This document shows positions 46,946 through 55,985 of a stretch of 64,000 nucleotides of DNA, in pieces (positions within the stretch are counted from its first letter, which is position 1; every line of letters starts with the position of its first letter). Origin of the DNA: Verrucomicrobiota bacterium (GTDB lineage Bacteria; Verrucomicrobiota; Lentisphaeria; Lentisphaerales; Lentisphaeraceae); NCBI GenBank assembly GCA_039798785.1, contig JBDKFG010000001.1:193007-257006 (forward strand), read 5' to 3'. The notes under the pieces were generated by a model. It saw only the letters and a program-made list of their open reading frames with translations, was not told the DNA's origin and searched no databases. A program made the position numbers and the translations under genes.

Positions 46946-47356
46946 TTACTTGGTTTCGATCACTTTGAAGCGGAAGTCATGAGCCTTCGGGGAGGTGGCG
47001 ATGACCGGGAGTGACTTGCGTTCGCGGCCGCTGAAGGTGAAGGTGCGCCACTGGGCGTCGGGGTTGAGGCAGAAGCCGTTATCGTCGTACCATTCGCATT
47101 TGTAATTGATGGCGAGGACGGAATTGGTGTCGTTGGCGAGCTCGAAATTGAGCTTGCGGAAACCGCTTTCGGTAAGCCCTTCATTGATGCCGTAGAAGAG
47201 CAGCTTGTTGCTCAGGGTGGAGTCGGGCTCATAGCGCTTGTCCTGGACGATGTCACGGCGGGCCTGGTTGTGGGCCGCGGTGACCTCGTTGACGTCGTGG
47301 GCGCAGGAGCTGCCGAAGGCGGCGGCGAAGAAGGCAAGAAGGAGGACTTTTTTCAT
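46946..47356 (-). CDS. YcfL/DUF1425 family lipoprotein
   Basis: Lipobox GSSC; NYKCEWYDDNG, ATSPKAHDFR. Confidence 0.8.
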   Translation of the reverse strand: MKKVLLLAFFAAAFGSSCAHDVNEVTAAHNQARRDIVQDKRYEPDSTLSNKLLFYGINEGLTESGFRKLNFELANDTNSVLAINYKCEWYDDNGFCLNPDAQWRTFTFSGRERKSLPVIATSPKAHDFRFKVIETK

Positions 47357-48822
47357 CAGGGCTTTCCTTGTTTGGGTTCGAGAACAATCTGGCGGATCGA
47401 GAAGGGCCCGAGGGGCGACGGAGCCTTGACCACGACGAGCAGGGCCCGCCCGGGCTTGAGATCGAGATATTCAGTGGCGCCGGTCTCGGAGCGGATGCCG
47501 AGGCGACCGTCGGAGGGCATCGGCATCTGGACGTAGAGGACCTCGCGGGGCAGGCTGAGCCAGGTGCGGCGGTCGGCCTCGTTCATTGCGATCTGATATC
47601 CGGCTCCGGCGAGGTCGGCGAAGAGCCCGGCGAGGAACTTGTAGTCATCGCTGACCGCGGCCTGGGCGGCTTTTTTGCTGCCCCAGGTGGCGGCGGCCTT
47701 GGCTGCGGTGGAGATCAAGGTGCGGGTGATCACCATCGGCAGTTCCTGGGAGAAGTGGGTGGCGACGATGTCATCGACATTGATCAGCTCGGCGGCGCCT
47801 GCCTCCTGGCTGCCCGCCCGGATGGTGAAGCCAGCGGAGCTGCGGGGGTGCTGGACAAGGGTGGGGAAGGCGGCGCCGACGTAGGGAACCGTGCCGTCGA
47901 CGATGAAGACCGGCAGGTCGATGCGGATCTGGTCGCGCGAGGGTGCCCGGCCGGTTTCGACGATGACGTGCACACAGGGCGCTTCCGGGTGGCGTCTTTC
48001 AACCCTGGAGATCATCTCGTCGATGCTTTTCCTCAGACCGGGCTGGTGCCTGGCGCACATCGCGGCAAGCCGGCGCAGAGAAGCCCGGCAGCGTTCGAGA
48101 TCGGAGGCATCGACGCTGCGGTGCCGGAAGTAGAGGGCGTTGACGAGGACGGCGGCGGGGTTGTCGAAATCCTTGATCGCCTTGTAGTGCTCGAGATTGG
48201 CGTAAGTCTGGTCGAGCTGGCTCTTGACGCCGGGGTCGTTGAGGGTGCGTTCAGCTTCGTAGGTCTTCTCTTCGGCAGCCTTGGACTCGAGATCCTCGCG
48301 CTCTTCGATCTCCGACTGGCTGAGGCGCTGAGCCTCCTGCTGGGCGAATTCGGCGGCTCGGAGTTCGGCCCGGACATCATCCCAGCGCCCCATTTCCATC
48401 AGGATGAGCGCCTTGGAGTTGTGCATCAGGATCCGGTCGTACCAGCGCATCCGGTAGGGCAGGTAGGAGAGATTGGTCATGGTGCCGGAGAGGATTTCAC
48501 CGACCCGGATGTCGGCCTGCTGCTCCTGCTCCTTGGCGAACTCGTCGGCCTGATCATAGGCGGCAAGGGCTTCGTCGAGGCGCCCGGCCGCATGGAGGGC
48601 TGCGCCTTTCTCAAGCCGGCTCAGGACACGGTCGCGGCCGGGGGACTTCTCCGCCAGCTCGCAGGCTTCGACGGCGGCTCCTTGGAAGTCGGCCCGCTCC
48701 CATTGAGCGCTGAAGCGCTTGGTTCGGTCGTTGTAGCTGTTGCAGGAAGCCAGAGCCAGGACCAGTGCGCCGGAAAGCAGGCGGCGGGTCAGGGAGGCAG
48801 ATGAAGGACTTGAGGTGGGCAT
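47356..48822 (-). CDS. COG3014-like TPR lipoprotein
   Basis: Lipobox LASC; ETGRAP, VGAAFP, ADRRTWLSLP. Confidence 0.78.
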   Translation of the reverse strand: MPTSSPSSASLTRRLLSGALVLALASCNSYNDRTKRFSAQWERADFQGAAVEACELAEKSPGRDRVLSRLEKGAALHAAGRLDEALAAYDQADEFAKEQEQQADIRVGEILSGTMTNLSYLPYRMRWYDRILMHNSKALILMEMGRWDDVRAELRAAEFAQQEAQRLSQSEIEEREDLESKAAEEKTYEAERTLNDPGVKSQLDQTYANLEHYKAIKDFDNPAAVLVNALYFRHRSVDASDLERCRASLRRLAAMCARHQPGLRKSIDEMISRVERRHPEAPCVHVIVETGRAPSRDQIRIDLPVFIVDGTVPYVGAAFPTLVQHPRSSAGFTIRAGSQEAGAAELINVDDIVATHFSQELPMVITRTLISTAAKAAATWGSKKAAQAAVSDDYKFLAGLFADLAGAGYQIAMNEADRRTWLSLPREVLYVQMPMPSDGRLGIRSETGATEYLDLKPGRALLVVVKAPSPLGPFSIRQIVLEPKQGKP

Positions 48823-49256
48823 GGGTCTGGGTTGATCGTGTTCTGGTGTTTGGAACTGGCGGCCACCCGTGGCTAAAAGACACGGAGCCCGGCTGCTTGG
48901 CCTTTCCGATTTGCGCCGAGCTTAGGAACGATGCGGTGAATTATACCCTGCACCGCAGCCGGCGTCAGCTCACGACAACGGATTCACAAAAAAAAATCCG
49001 ACCTGTCTCACCCTGCCTCACTCGAATTTCAGGATCACAGCTTGGGGAGTCAGGCAACCGGGGAGTAAGGAAGTGTTTTGTCTCATCTCATTCCAAACCC
49101 AATTCGGAGTGATGCACTTCTGAAGAAAGTCCGACCTCTGCAAGCTGCAAAGCCACCTGCCAGAGTTTGGACTTTTTCGCCCTCACTGACTGACCCTCCT
49201 ACGCCACCACTCCTGGCCGGCACCTGCAAGAAGCAAGCACCCGAACATCTCGGGAG

Positions 49257-50057
49257 TCAGGTCCTCGCCACCAGCTGATGCATCAAGATGGCGCCGGCTG
49301 CGGCGACGTTGAGGGAATCGATGTCCCGGGCCATCGGGATCATCAAGGTCGCGTCGGCGGCATCCAGCCACTCCTGCGGCAGCCCCGGCCCCTCCTGGCC
49401 GAGCACCAGGGCGCAACGGCCCTGCGGCCGCCAATGATGCGATGACTCCGAATCCTGCTGCAGGGCGGCCGCGAAGATGCGTCCGTCATCCAGCCTCCAC
49501 CGCTTAAGCTCGGCAAGGAGATCCCCGCTGCGAAAGACCGGGATCTTCCAGCAGGCACCCATTGAGACGCGGACGCTGCGGCGGTCGAAGACCTCCGGCC
49601 CTTTGCCGTAGAGAACAGCATCCATCCCGAGGGCTGCGGCAGAGCGCAGCAGCAGTCCGAGATTCTCGATATCGACCAGCTGCGGCAAAACCAGCAGACG
49701 TCTGGCGCTGAAAAGCAGACTGCGCGGCGGCGGGGGCGGCACCTCGACCCAAGCCAGCGCGCCGCGGTGGAAAGTGAAGCCAGCCAGCCGGGTGATGAAA
49801 TCCGATTCGCCGACGACCAGAGGCAGAGCGGGGGGGGCCACCTTGGCGATCCTCTCTATGCAAGCCCGGCTCCCCAGGATCATCTGCACCCGCAGCCTGC
49901 CCTCCGCCATTTCCGCCAGAGCCTTCTCGACCAGAATGCGCCCCTCACACAAAAATGCAGGGCTGCCTTCAGGCCCGGGAAAAATGCCGCGGCGCCCTTG
50001 CAGCTCCTCCAAAGCCCGAGTCAATCCCGGCCCCGCCTCCTCGACACTGATGATCAT
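49257..50057 (-). CDS. TrmH/SpoU family RNA methyltransferase
   Basis: ENLGLLLRSAAALG, RVSMGA, LGQEGPGL, IPM...DSLNVAAAG; start MIISVEE. Confidence 0.9.
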   Translation of the reverse strand: MIISVEEAGPGLTRALEELQGRRGIFPGPEGSPAFLCEGRILVEKALAEMAEGRLRVQMILGSRACIERIAKVAPPALPLVVGESDFITRLAGFTFHRGALAWVEVPPPPPRSLLFSARRLLVLPQLVDIENLGLLLRSAAALGMDAVLYGKGPEVFDRRSVRVSMGACWKIPVFRSGDLLAELKRWRLDDGRIFAAALQQDSESSHHWRPQGRCALVLGQEGPGLPQEWLDAADATLMIPMARDIDSLNVAAAGAILMHQLVART

Positions 50058-50155
50058 CCTCTTCTCTCCCAAGCTGTTTTCAACGAGATACAGGGGAAAG
50101 CCAAGGCGACAACTGAAAAAGACCGGCAAATCTCATGAAATGCCTGTGCATGAGC

Positions 50156-50183
50156 TTGACCTCGGCTATATCCGCGCTACATT
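50156..50183 (+). promoter_or_regulatory. Sigma70-like promoter for the tRNA pair
   Basis: TTGACC-N16-TACATT. Confidence 0.55.
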
Positions 50184-50201
50184 TAGCGCCTCAACTCAGG
50201 A

Positions 50202-50279
<78 letters not shown>

Positions 50280-50297
50280 GATTTGATACCCCCAGGT

Positions 50298-50375
<78 letters not shown>

Positions 50376-50406
50376 TTTTTTTTCTTTTTCAATTCCCCTC
50401 ATCCCC

Positions 50407-51204
50407 ATGCCCAAAAACTTCTTGCAGCAGCGTCTCGTCTTCCTCCGGGATCTGGCTGCTGAAGCTGCCTCCTTGGCTCTGCTTCATGCCAGGAAAGGGA
50501 CGCAAAACTGGGACAAGAGCGACGGCTCCCCCGTCACCGAAGCCGACCTGGCCCTCGACCAGCTCATCCGCCAACGCATCTCCATACGCTATCCCGGCGA
50601 AGCCCTGCTCACCGAAGAAGGCAAGGACGATGCTTCGCGCCTGGATCAGGATTGGGTCTGGATCGTCGATCCGATCGACGGAACCAAGGAATTCATCGCG
50701 GGAACCCCTGAATACAGTGTCATGATCGGCCTCAGTCATGAAGGCGTCGCCGTCGCCGGAGCCGTCGCGATCCCCGGCACGGGAGAAATCTTCAGCGGCG
50801 CTGACGGCCACGGCGTCTCGGTGGAGCGCCCGGGATCGCCCCCCTTTTCGCTTAGGCATCCCCTCCCCGGTCCACCCAGGCTGCTGGTCTCCCGCACCAA
50901 TCGCGATCAGCGCGTCATCGACCTCAGTGGCGCCCTCGGATTCGAAGCCCTGCCCTGCGGCTCGGTAGGCACCAAGATCTGCCGCTTGATCGACGGCAGC
51001 GCCCGCGCCTACGCCACCCGCACCACGGTGAGCGAGTGGGATTGCTGCGCCGCCGACGCCCTGATGCGGGCGTGCGGCGGCCGCCTTCTCGACGGAGCCG
51101 GCAGAGAACGCCTCTACAACCAGACCGACGTCAGCGTCCCCGGAATCATCGCCAGCTTCGACGGCGAAACCGCCAAGGCCTGCCTCGACTTCCTGCAGAG
51201 ATGA
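50407..51204 (+). CDS. cysQ: 3'(2'),5'-bisphosphate nucleotidase / inositol monophosphatase family
   Basis: SPVTEAD, WIVDPIDGTKEFI, SEWDCCAADA. Confidence 0.8.
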   Translation: MPKNFLQQRLVFLRDLAAEAASLALLHARKGTQNWDKSDGSPVTEADLALDQLIRQRISIRYPGEALLTEEGKDDASRLDQDWVWIVDPIDGTKEFIAGTPEYSVMIGLSHEGVAVAGAVAIPGTGEIFSGADGHGVSVERPGSPPFSLRHPLPGPPRLLVSRTNRDQRVIDLSGALGFEALPCGSVGTKICRLIDGSARAYATRTTVSEWDCCAADALMRACGGRLLDGAGRERLYNQTDVSVPGIIASFDGETAKACLDFLQR

Positions 51205-52175
51205 GAGAAGCGCTGGAGAAACTTCTGCGCGACAATCTCCTCATCCTGGCGGTGGGCGGATCCTGCGCCCTGGCCCTGCTCTTCCCGGACCTGGGCATCC
51301 GGCTTGATCGCGCCGATCTCAGCCCCTGGCTGGTCTTCGCGGTGTTTTTCTGCCAGGGCGCCAGCGTCGACCTCAGCCGCCTGCCGCCGCCGCGCCAGCT
51401 CCTGCCCCTCCTAGCCGCTGGATTCGCAGTCAGCCAACTCCTGGCGCCCGGACTGGCCCTCGCCATCCTGGCGCTCTGGACGCCGGCGCCAGACTACGCC
51501 GCCGGCTTCTTCCTGATGGCTTGCATGGCGCCGACCCTGGTTTCCGGGACCGTCATCTCGAGCCGCGGCGGCGCCTGCGTGCCGACCGCCTTGGGCGTCA
51601 CCATCCTGCTCAATCTCGCAGCCGTCCTCACCGTGCCTCTCTGGCTCCGCTTCGGTCCCGGCGGCGGCGCTCTCGACTCCCTCAATCTGCTCGGCAAGCT
51701 GCTGCTTCTCGTCCTTCTTCCGGCGCTACTCGGCCAGGCTTGGCGCCGCCGCTTCCCGGAAAAAGCCGACAGGAGCAAGGCCCTGCTCAGCCATCTTCCG
51801 GTGGCACTCCTCTCTCTCACCATCTACATCAACCTGTCGGTTCAGGCGGAACGAATGCGCCAGCTCAACTGGCACGACGGACTGAGCTTCGCCGTCACCG
51901 GACTGGGACTTCACCTCCTCTGCCTGCTCGGCGCCTTGCGGGCTGCGCACGCTCTCGGCGCCGGCACCGCCGCCTCCCGGTCACTGGCAATATGCTGCTC
52001 GCAAAAGACCTTGCCGGTGGCAGTGACGGTGTGGAGCACATCGCTCGCGGCCAGCCACCCCCTGGCGCTTCTTCCATGCGTCGTCTTCCACTTCCTGCAG
52101 ATCTGGATCGATGGCCTGATCGCCGGACGCTGGGCGAGACAGGCCAAGAGGTCCGGAAGCGGCTGCGAAACCTGA
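51201..52175 (+). CDS. Bile acid:sodium symporter family transporter
   Basis: PTLVSG, CSQKTLP; ~9 transmembrane segments; ATG overlaps the cysQ stop (ATGA). Confidence 0.85.
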   Translation: MREALEKLLRDNLLILAVGGSCALALLFPDLGIRLDRADLSPWLVFAVFFCQGASVDLSRLPPPRQLLPLLAAGFAVSQLLAPGLALAILALWTPAPDYAAGFFLMACMAPTLVSGTVISSRGGACVPTALGVTILLNLAAVLTVPLWLRFGPGGGALDSLNLLGKLLLLVLLPALLGQAWRRRFPEKADRSKALLSHLPVALLSLTIYINLSVQAERMRQLNWHDGLSFAVTGLGLHLLCLLGALRAAHALGAGTAASRSLAICCSQKTLPVAVTVWSTSLAASHPLALLPCVVFHFLQIWIDGLIAGRWARQAKRSGSGCET

Positions 52176-52188
52176 ATCGGGGAGGCCG

Positions 52189-52845
52189 TCAATAGGCCTG
52201 GCCGCTACGGCCGCCCAGGCAGATGGCGACGCCGGCCGAAGTCCCGAGGCGCTCGGCGCCCGCGGCGATCATCGCGGCGGCGGACTCGGCGTCACGGATG
52301 CCGCCGGAGGCCTTGACCTTGGCTCGGCTGCCGACACACTGCTTCATCAGTCGCACCGCCTCAATCGTCGCACCTCCGGGTCCGAAGCCGGTGCTGGTCT
52401 TGACGAAATCGGCTCCGGCACGGAGCGATGCCGCACAAGCTTGGCGGATCTCCTCGTCTTGCAGCAAGGCCGTCTCGAAAATCACCTTGAGAATCTGACC
52501 TGGACAGGCAGCTCGAACAGCCCGGATGTCATCCTCGACACAGCTCCAGCTGCCGTCCTTGACGGCGCCGATGTTGATTACCATGTCGATCTCGCCCGCA
52601 CCGAGGTGGACGGCGGCGGCGGCCTCGGCGGCCTTGCATGAGGACAGGCCGGCGCCGAGAGGGAAGCCGATAACCGTGCAAACGGCGACACCGGAATCCT
52701 TCAACAGTTCGGCGGCAAGGGCGACCCTGCAGGGATTGACACAAACGGAGGCGAAACTGAACTGACGGGCTTCGTCGCAAAGCTTCCGGATCTGTTCGGC
52801 GGTGGCGTCAGGCTTGAGGAGAGTATGGTCGATGGTGTGATTCAT
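52189..52845 (-). CDS. deoC: Deoxyribose-phosphate aldolase
   Basis: [31 protein letters not shown]. Confidence 0.97.
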   Translation of the reverse strand: MNHTIDHTLLKPDATAEQIRKLCDEARQFSFASVCVNPCRVALAAELLKDSGVAVCTVIGFPLGAGLSSCKAAEAAAAVHLGAGEIDMVINIGAVKDGSWSCVEDDIRAVRAACPGQILKVIFETALLQDEEIRQACAASLRAGADFVKTSTGFGPGGATIEAVRLMKQCVGSRAKVKASGGIRDAESAAAMIAAGAERLGTSAGVAICLGGRSGQAY

Positions 52846-52892
52846 TTGACTTCAGGAGGTTTGTCGGGTTGCAGTGAGCCGGTCTTGAGGCC

Positions 52893-55040
52893 TTATTTGG
52901 GCTCGAGGTTGAGGATCGAGTCGAGCGCAGGGTCGTGAGGCGCGCCGTTCTCGAGAGCGCTGCGGTAGACGCGGGCGGCCTCTTCCAGCCGTGGCGGTTT
53001 TTCGGTGGCGTAGAGCGAAGCGAGGTTGAACGCCGCCTGGGCGGACTTCGGATCAAGCTGATGGGCCCGCTCCATCTCCCTGGTCGCGGCTTCGCGCCAG
53101 CCCAGGCCCTGGAATGCGACGCCGAGATTCAGGCGAGCGTCGGCAAGCGCCGGCTGCAAAGCGGAGCAGCGGGCGAGGCAGGAGATCGCCAGCTCGGTCT
53201 CGTTGGCGTCGAGAAGGGCCGAACCCAAGGCGAGAAGCAGCTGCGGATCATCGGGATTGAGATAAAAAGCCTTCTTCAAATGGCGCGCCGCTTCAGAGGT
53301 CTGACCGGCGTTGAGATAGGCGACGCCGAGTCGGAGCAGCGCGGCGTAGCTGTCTGGGTCGACCTGGACGGCTTGGGCGAGGAAGGCCAGAGCCGCCTGG
53401 GGCTGGCCGTCCTGCTCTGCCTTCTGGGCCTGGACGATGAGCTCGCGGACGCGACGGAGCAGCGCTTCGTCCTTGACGGCCGAGCGGGCGCCGGAAGCGC
53501 CGCCGACGCTCGAGAGTCGGCTCTCCTCGAAGCGGACCTTCAGTTCGGCAAGCTCGTCGCGCGCCTTGACGTAGCGCGCGACCAGGGCGTCCGCGCCTGC
53601 GGCGGCGCGACGGCCCGCCTCGGCAGCGGCGAGCGCGGCGGCGAGATCCTTCCTGAGTCGCTCGAGCTCCTCCGGTGCGGCGGCCGGAGCGGAGGAAGAA
53701 CTCTGCTTCAGAGCGGCGATCTCGCGTCTGCTGGTGGCCTGGTGCTCTGCCAGGCTCTTCTCCGCCTCGATGCGGCGCTTGTCGGCCAGTGCGGTGCTTT
53801 CCTGGAGGCTCAGTGTCAGGACCTGCTGCGCGGTGAAGTCTGACTCGGCCTTCTGGGCCCGCTGCCGGAGCTTCTCGAGCTCCTTGGCGAGATTTTCGTC
53901 GCCGAGCTTGGCGCGGGCGGCAAAGTCAAGCGACTGCTGCGCCTCCTTGCGTGCCTTGTCGGCGGCGGCCTGGGCCCGTCCGGAATCAATCCGCGCCTGT
54001 TCGGCGAGTCCGCGAGCGTCTGCGGCTTCGGCCTTGGCCCGGTCCAGCGCCTGCTCCAGGATGAGCCGCTCCTTAACCCAGGAATCGGCGCTTTGGAGAT
54101 CGCGGGCCGCGGTGCGTTTCTCCGCCTCGGTGGCGCGTTTCTCCGCCTGGGCCAGTTGGCGTTTCAAATCTTCGGCATGGTCGCGTGCCTGCTCGGCCTG
54201 AGCCCGGCTTGCTTCGGCGCTCTTCTTCAACTCCGCCAGCTTCCGGTCGCTGGCGGCGCTCTCCTGGCGGAGAAGTTCGGCGACGCGGCGCTGCTCGTTG
54301 CGCTCCGCTTCCGCGGCCTGGCTTCGCTCCTGGCTGGCGGCAAGGCTCCGCTTCCATTCGGCTTCATTCTGCTTGTACTGGTGGTCCTGGCGGTCGAGCT
54401 CGACCAGGCGGGCTGCGATCTTGTCTCGCTCGGCCTGCAGCTCTTCGCCGCCACCCGCTTGTTGGCGGAGCTTGGCGATCTCGGATTCGCGGGCCTCGAG
54501 GTCCCGTCGCAGTCCGTCAACCTGCAACACCAGCTCCTCGATGCGATTCTTCTCGATCATCTTCAGACCTGCTTCACGCTGCGCCTGTCCGAGAAAGAGC
54601 TTCTGCTGATCCATCTCGCGCTGCAGCCTCTGGCTGGTTTCGTAGGCGACCATCATCGCCTTGGAGTACTTGTCTCGCTCGGCCTTGACTTTGGCCAGCT
54701 CGGCGAGAAGCCCCCCCCGGTCAAGCTGCTTGTCCTCGGCGGCAAGGGCGCGGCGGACGTCGGCGAGGCGTTCGTCGCACTGGGCGATGCGGAAGCGGAC
54801 GCTGGCGGTCTCATAGCCCGGTTGCGATGCGGCGAGGGCGGCGAACTGCTGGCGGGCCAGCGCGTAGGCAGCTTCCGCCGCCTTCAAATCGCCGCTTTTC
54901 AAGCCGCTCTCGGCCTCGCCGTAAGTGGCGGCGGCGCGCTTCCACGCCTCCTCGCCGGGAGCCAGCATCTTCTCGGCCGCGGGGCCGTGGAGGACGAGAA
55001 AGGCGCCCAGGGCGCCGGTGAGAATGGAAGATGGCTTCAT
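52893..55040 (-). CDS. Secreted coiled-coil protein with C-terminal TPRs
   Basis: Signal peptide, long heptad region, TPRs (ALLRLGVAYL, ARLNLGVAF, AAFNLASLY). Confidence 0.82.
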   Translation of the reverse strand: MKPSSILTGALGAFLVLHGPAAEKMLAPGEEAWKRAAATYGEAESGLKSGDLKAAEAAYALARQQFAALAASQPGYETASVRFRIAQCDERLADVRRALAAEDKQLDRGGLLAELAKVKAERDKYSKAMMVAYETSQRLQREMDQQKLFLGQAQREAGLKMIEKNRIEELVLQVDGLRRDLEARESEIAKLRQQAGGGEELQAERDKIAARLVELDRQDHQYKQNEAEWKRSLAASQERSQAAEAERNEQRRVAELLRQESAASDRKLAELKKSAEASRAQAEQARDHAEDLKRQLAQAEKRATEAEKRTAARDLQSADSWVKERLILEQALDRAKAEAADARGLAEQARIDSGRAQAAADKARKEAQQSLDFAARAKLGDENLAKELEKLRQRAQKAESDFTAQQVLTLSLQESTALADKRRIEAEKSLAEHQATSRREIAALKQSSSSAPAAAPEELERLRKDLAAALAAAEAGRRAAAGADALVARYVKARDELAELKVRFEESRLSSVGGASGARSAVKDEALLRRVRELIVQAQKAEQDGQPQAALAFLAQAVQVDPDSYAALLRLGVAYLNAGQTSEAARHLKKAFYLNPDDPQLLLALGSALLDANETELAISCLARCSALQPALADARLNLGVAFQGLGWREAATREMERAHQLDPKSAQAAFNLASLYATEKPPRLEEAARVYRSALENGAPHDPALDSILNLEPK

Positions 55041-55166
55041 GCGAGTCCTTGCCTGCTGGGGTTTCGCCCCCTACATTGCCGCCACTCATCGGCCCCGGCA
55101 AATCGCCAGCCCAAAATTCAGCGGCAACTTGAACCGCTCCAAGCTCCCACTTCCAGAGGCAGACTC

Positions 55167-55982
55167 ATGCCGGAACTCCCAGAAGTCGAAACCGTCCGCC
55201 GCAGCCTCGAACCCTGGGCCTGCGGACGCCGCATCCGCGCCATCAGCCGCAGCGACAAGCCGCTGCGCTTTCCTCCCGGAGAGATGGACCGGGCGATCGG
55301 CTGCCAGGTCCTCCGCCTTCTCCGCCGCGCCAAGACCATCTTCGTCGAACTCGACTCCGGCGACCGCCTCGTCCTCCACCTCGGCATGACCGGCGCCTGG
55401 GAACGGCTCGACAAGATGGATCCGCCCCGGCCGCACGAGCACCTGCGGTTCGTCCTCGACGACGGCGGCGCCCTGGCTTACACCGATCCACGCCGCTTCG
55501 GCGGCGTCTCCCTCGTCGACTCCTCGGAGGCGGCACGCCTCGCCGCGGCCTACGGACCCGAACCGATCGATCCCGGCTTCGGCGCAGCCTCCCTCCTCGC
55601 CGTCGCCAAGGGAGACCGTCCGCTCAAGTCCCTTCTTCTCGACCAGTCCGCCATTGCCGGCATCGGCAACATCTACGCCTGCGAGGCGCTCTTCCGGGCC
55701 CGGCTTCACCCCGCAAGCCCCGCCGGAAGGCTGAAGTTAAAGTCGGCAGAGCTGCTTGCCGCCGAACTCCGTGCCGTCCTGCTCGAAGCCATCGAAGCGG
55801 GAGGCAGCACCATCGCCGACTTCCGGGCTCCCGACGGCTCCGCCGGCAAGTTCACCCAGAGCCTGTTGGTCTACGGGCGCGAAGGCGAAGCCTGCTTCGA
55901 ATGCGCTCAGCCGATCCGCCGCATCGTCCAATCCGGGCGCTCCAGTTTCTTTTGCAGCCGTTGCCAGAAGAAGAGCCGCTGA
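55167..55982 (+). CDS. mutM: Formamidopyrimidine-DNA glycosylase
   Basis: MPELPEVE, HLGMTG, DPRRFG, GIGNIY, zinc finger CFEC..CSRCQ. Confidence 0.97.
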   Translation: MPELPEVETVRRSLEPWACGRRIRAISRSDKPLRFPPGEMDRAIGCQVLRLLRRAKTIFVELDSGDRLVLHLGMTGAWERLDKMDPPRPHEHLRFVLDDGGALAYTDPRRFGGVSLVDSSEAARLAAAYGPEPIDPGFGAASLLAVAKGDRPLKSLLLDQSAIAGIGNIYACEALFRARLHPASPAGRLKLKSAELLAAELRAVLLEAIEAGGSTIADFRAPDGSAGKFTQSLLVYGREGEACFECAQPIRRIVQSGRSSFFCSRCQKKSR

Positions 55983-55985
55983 ACC

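Noticed and set aside
54093..55166. Apparent N-terminal extension of MutM (likewise RibD to 4177 and RF2 to 38447)
   Set aside because: These overlap neighbouring genes. MutM needs an N-terminal Pro (MPELPEV), which fixes its start at 55167.
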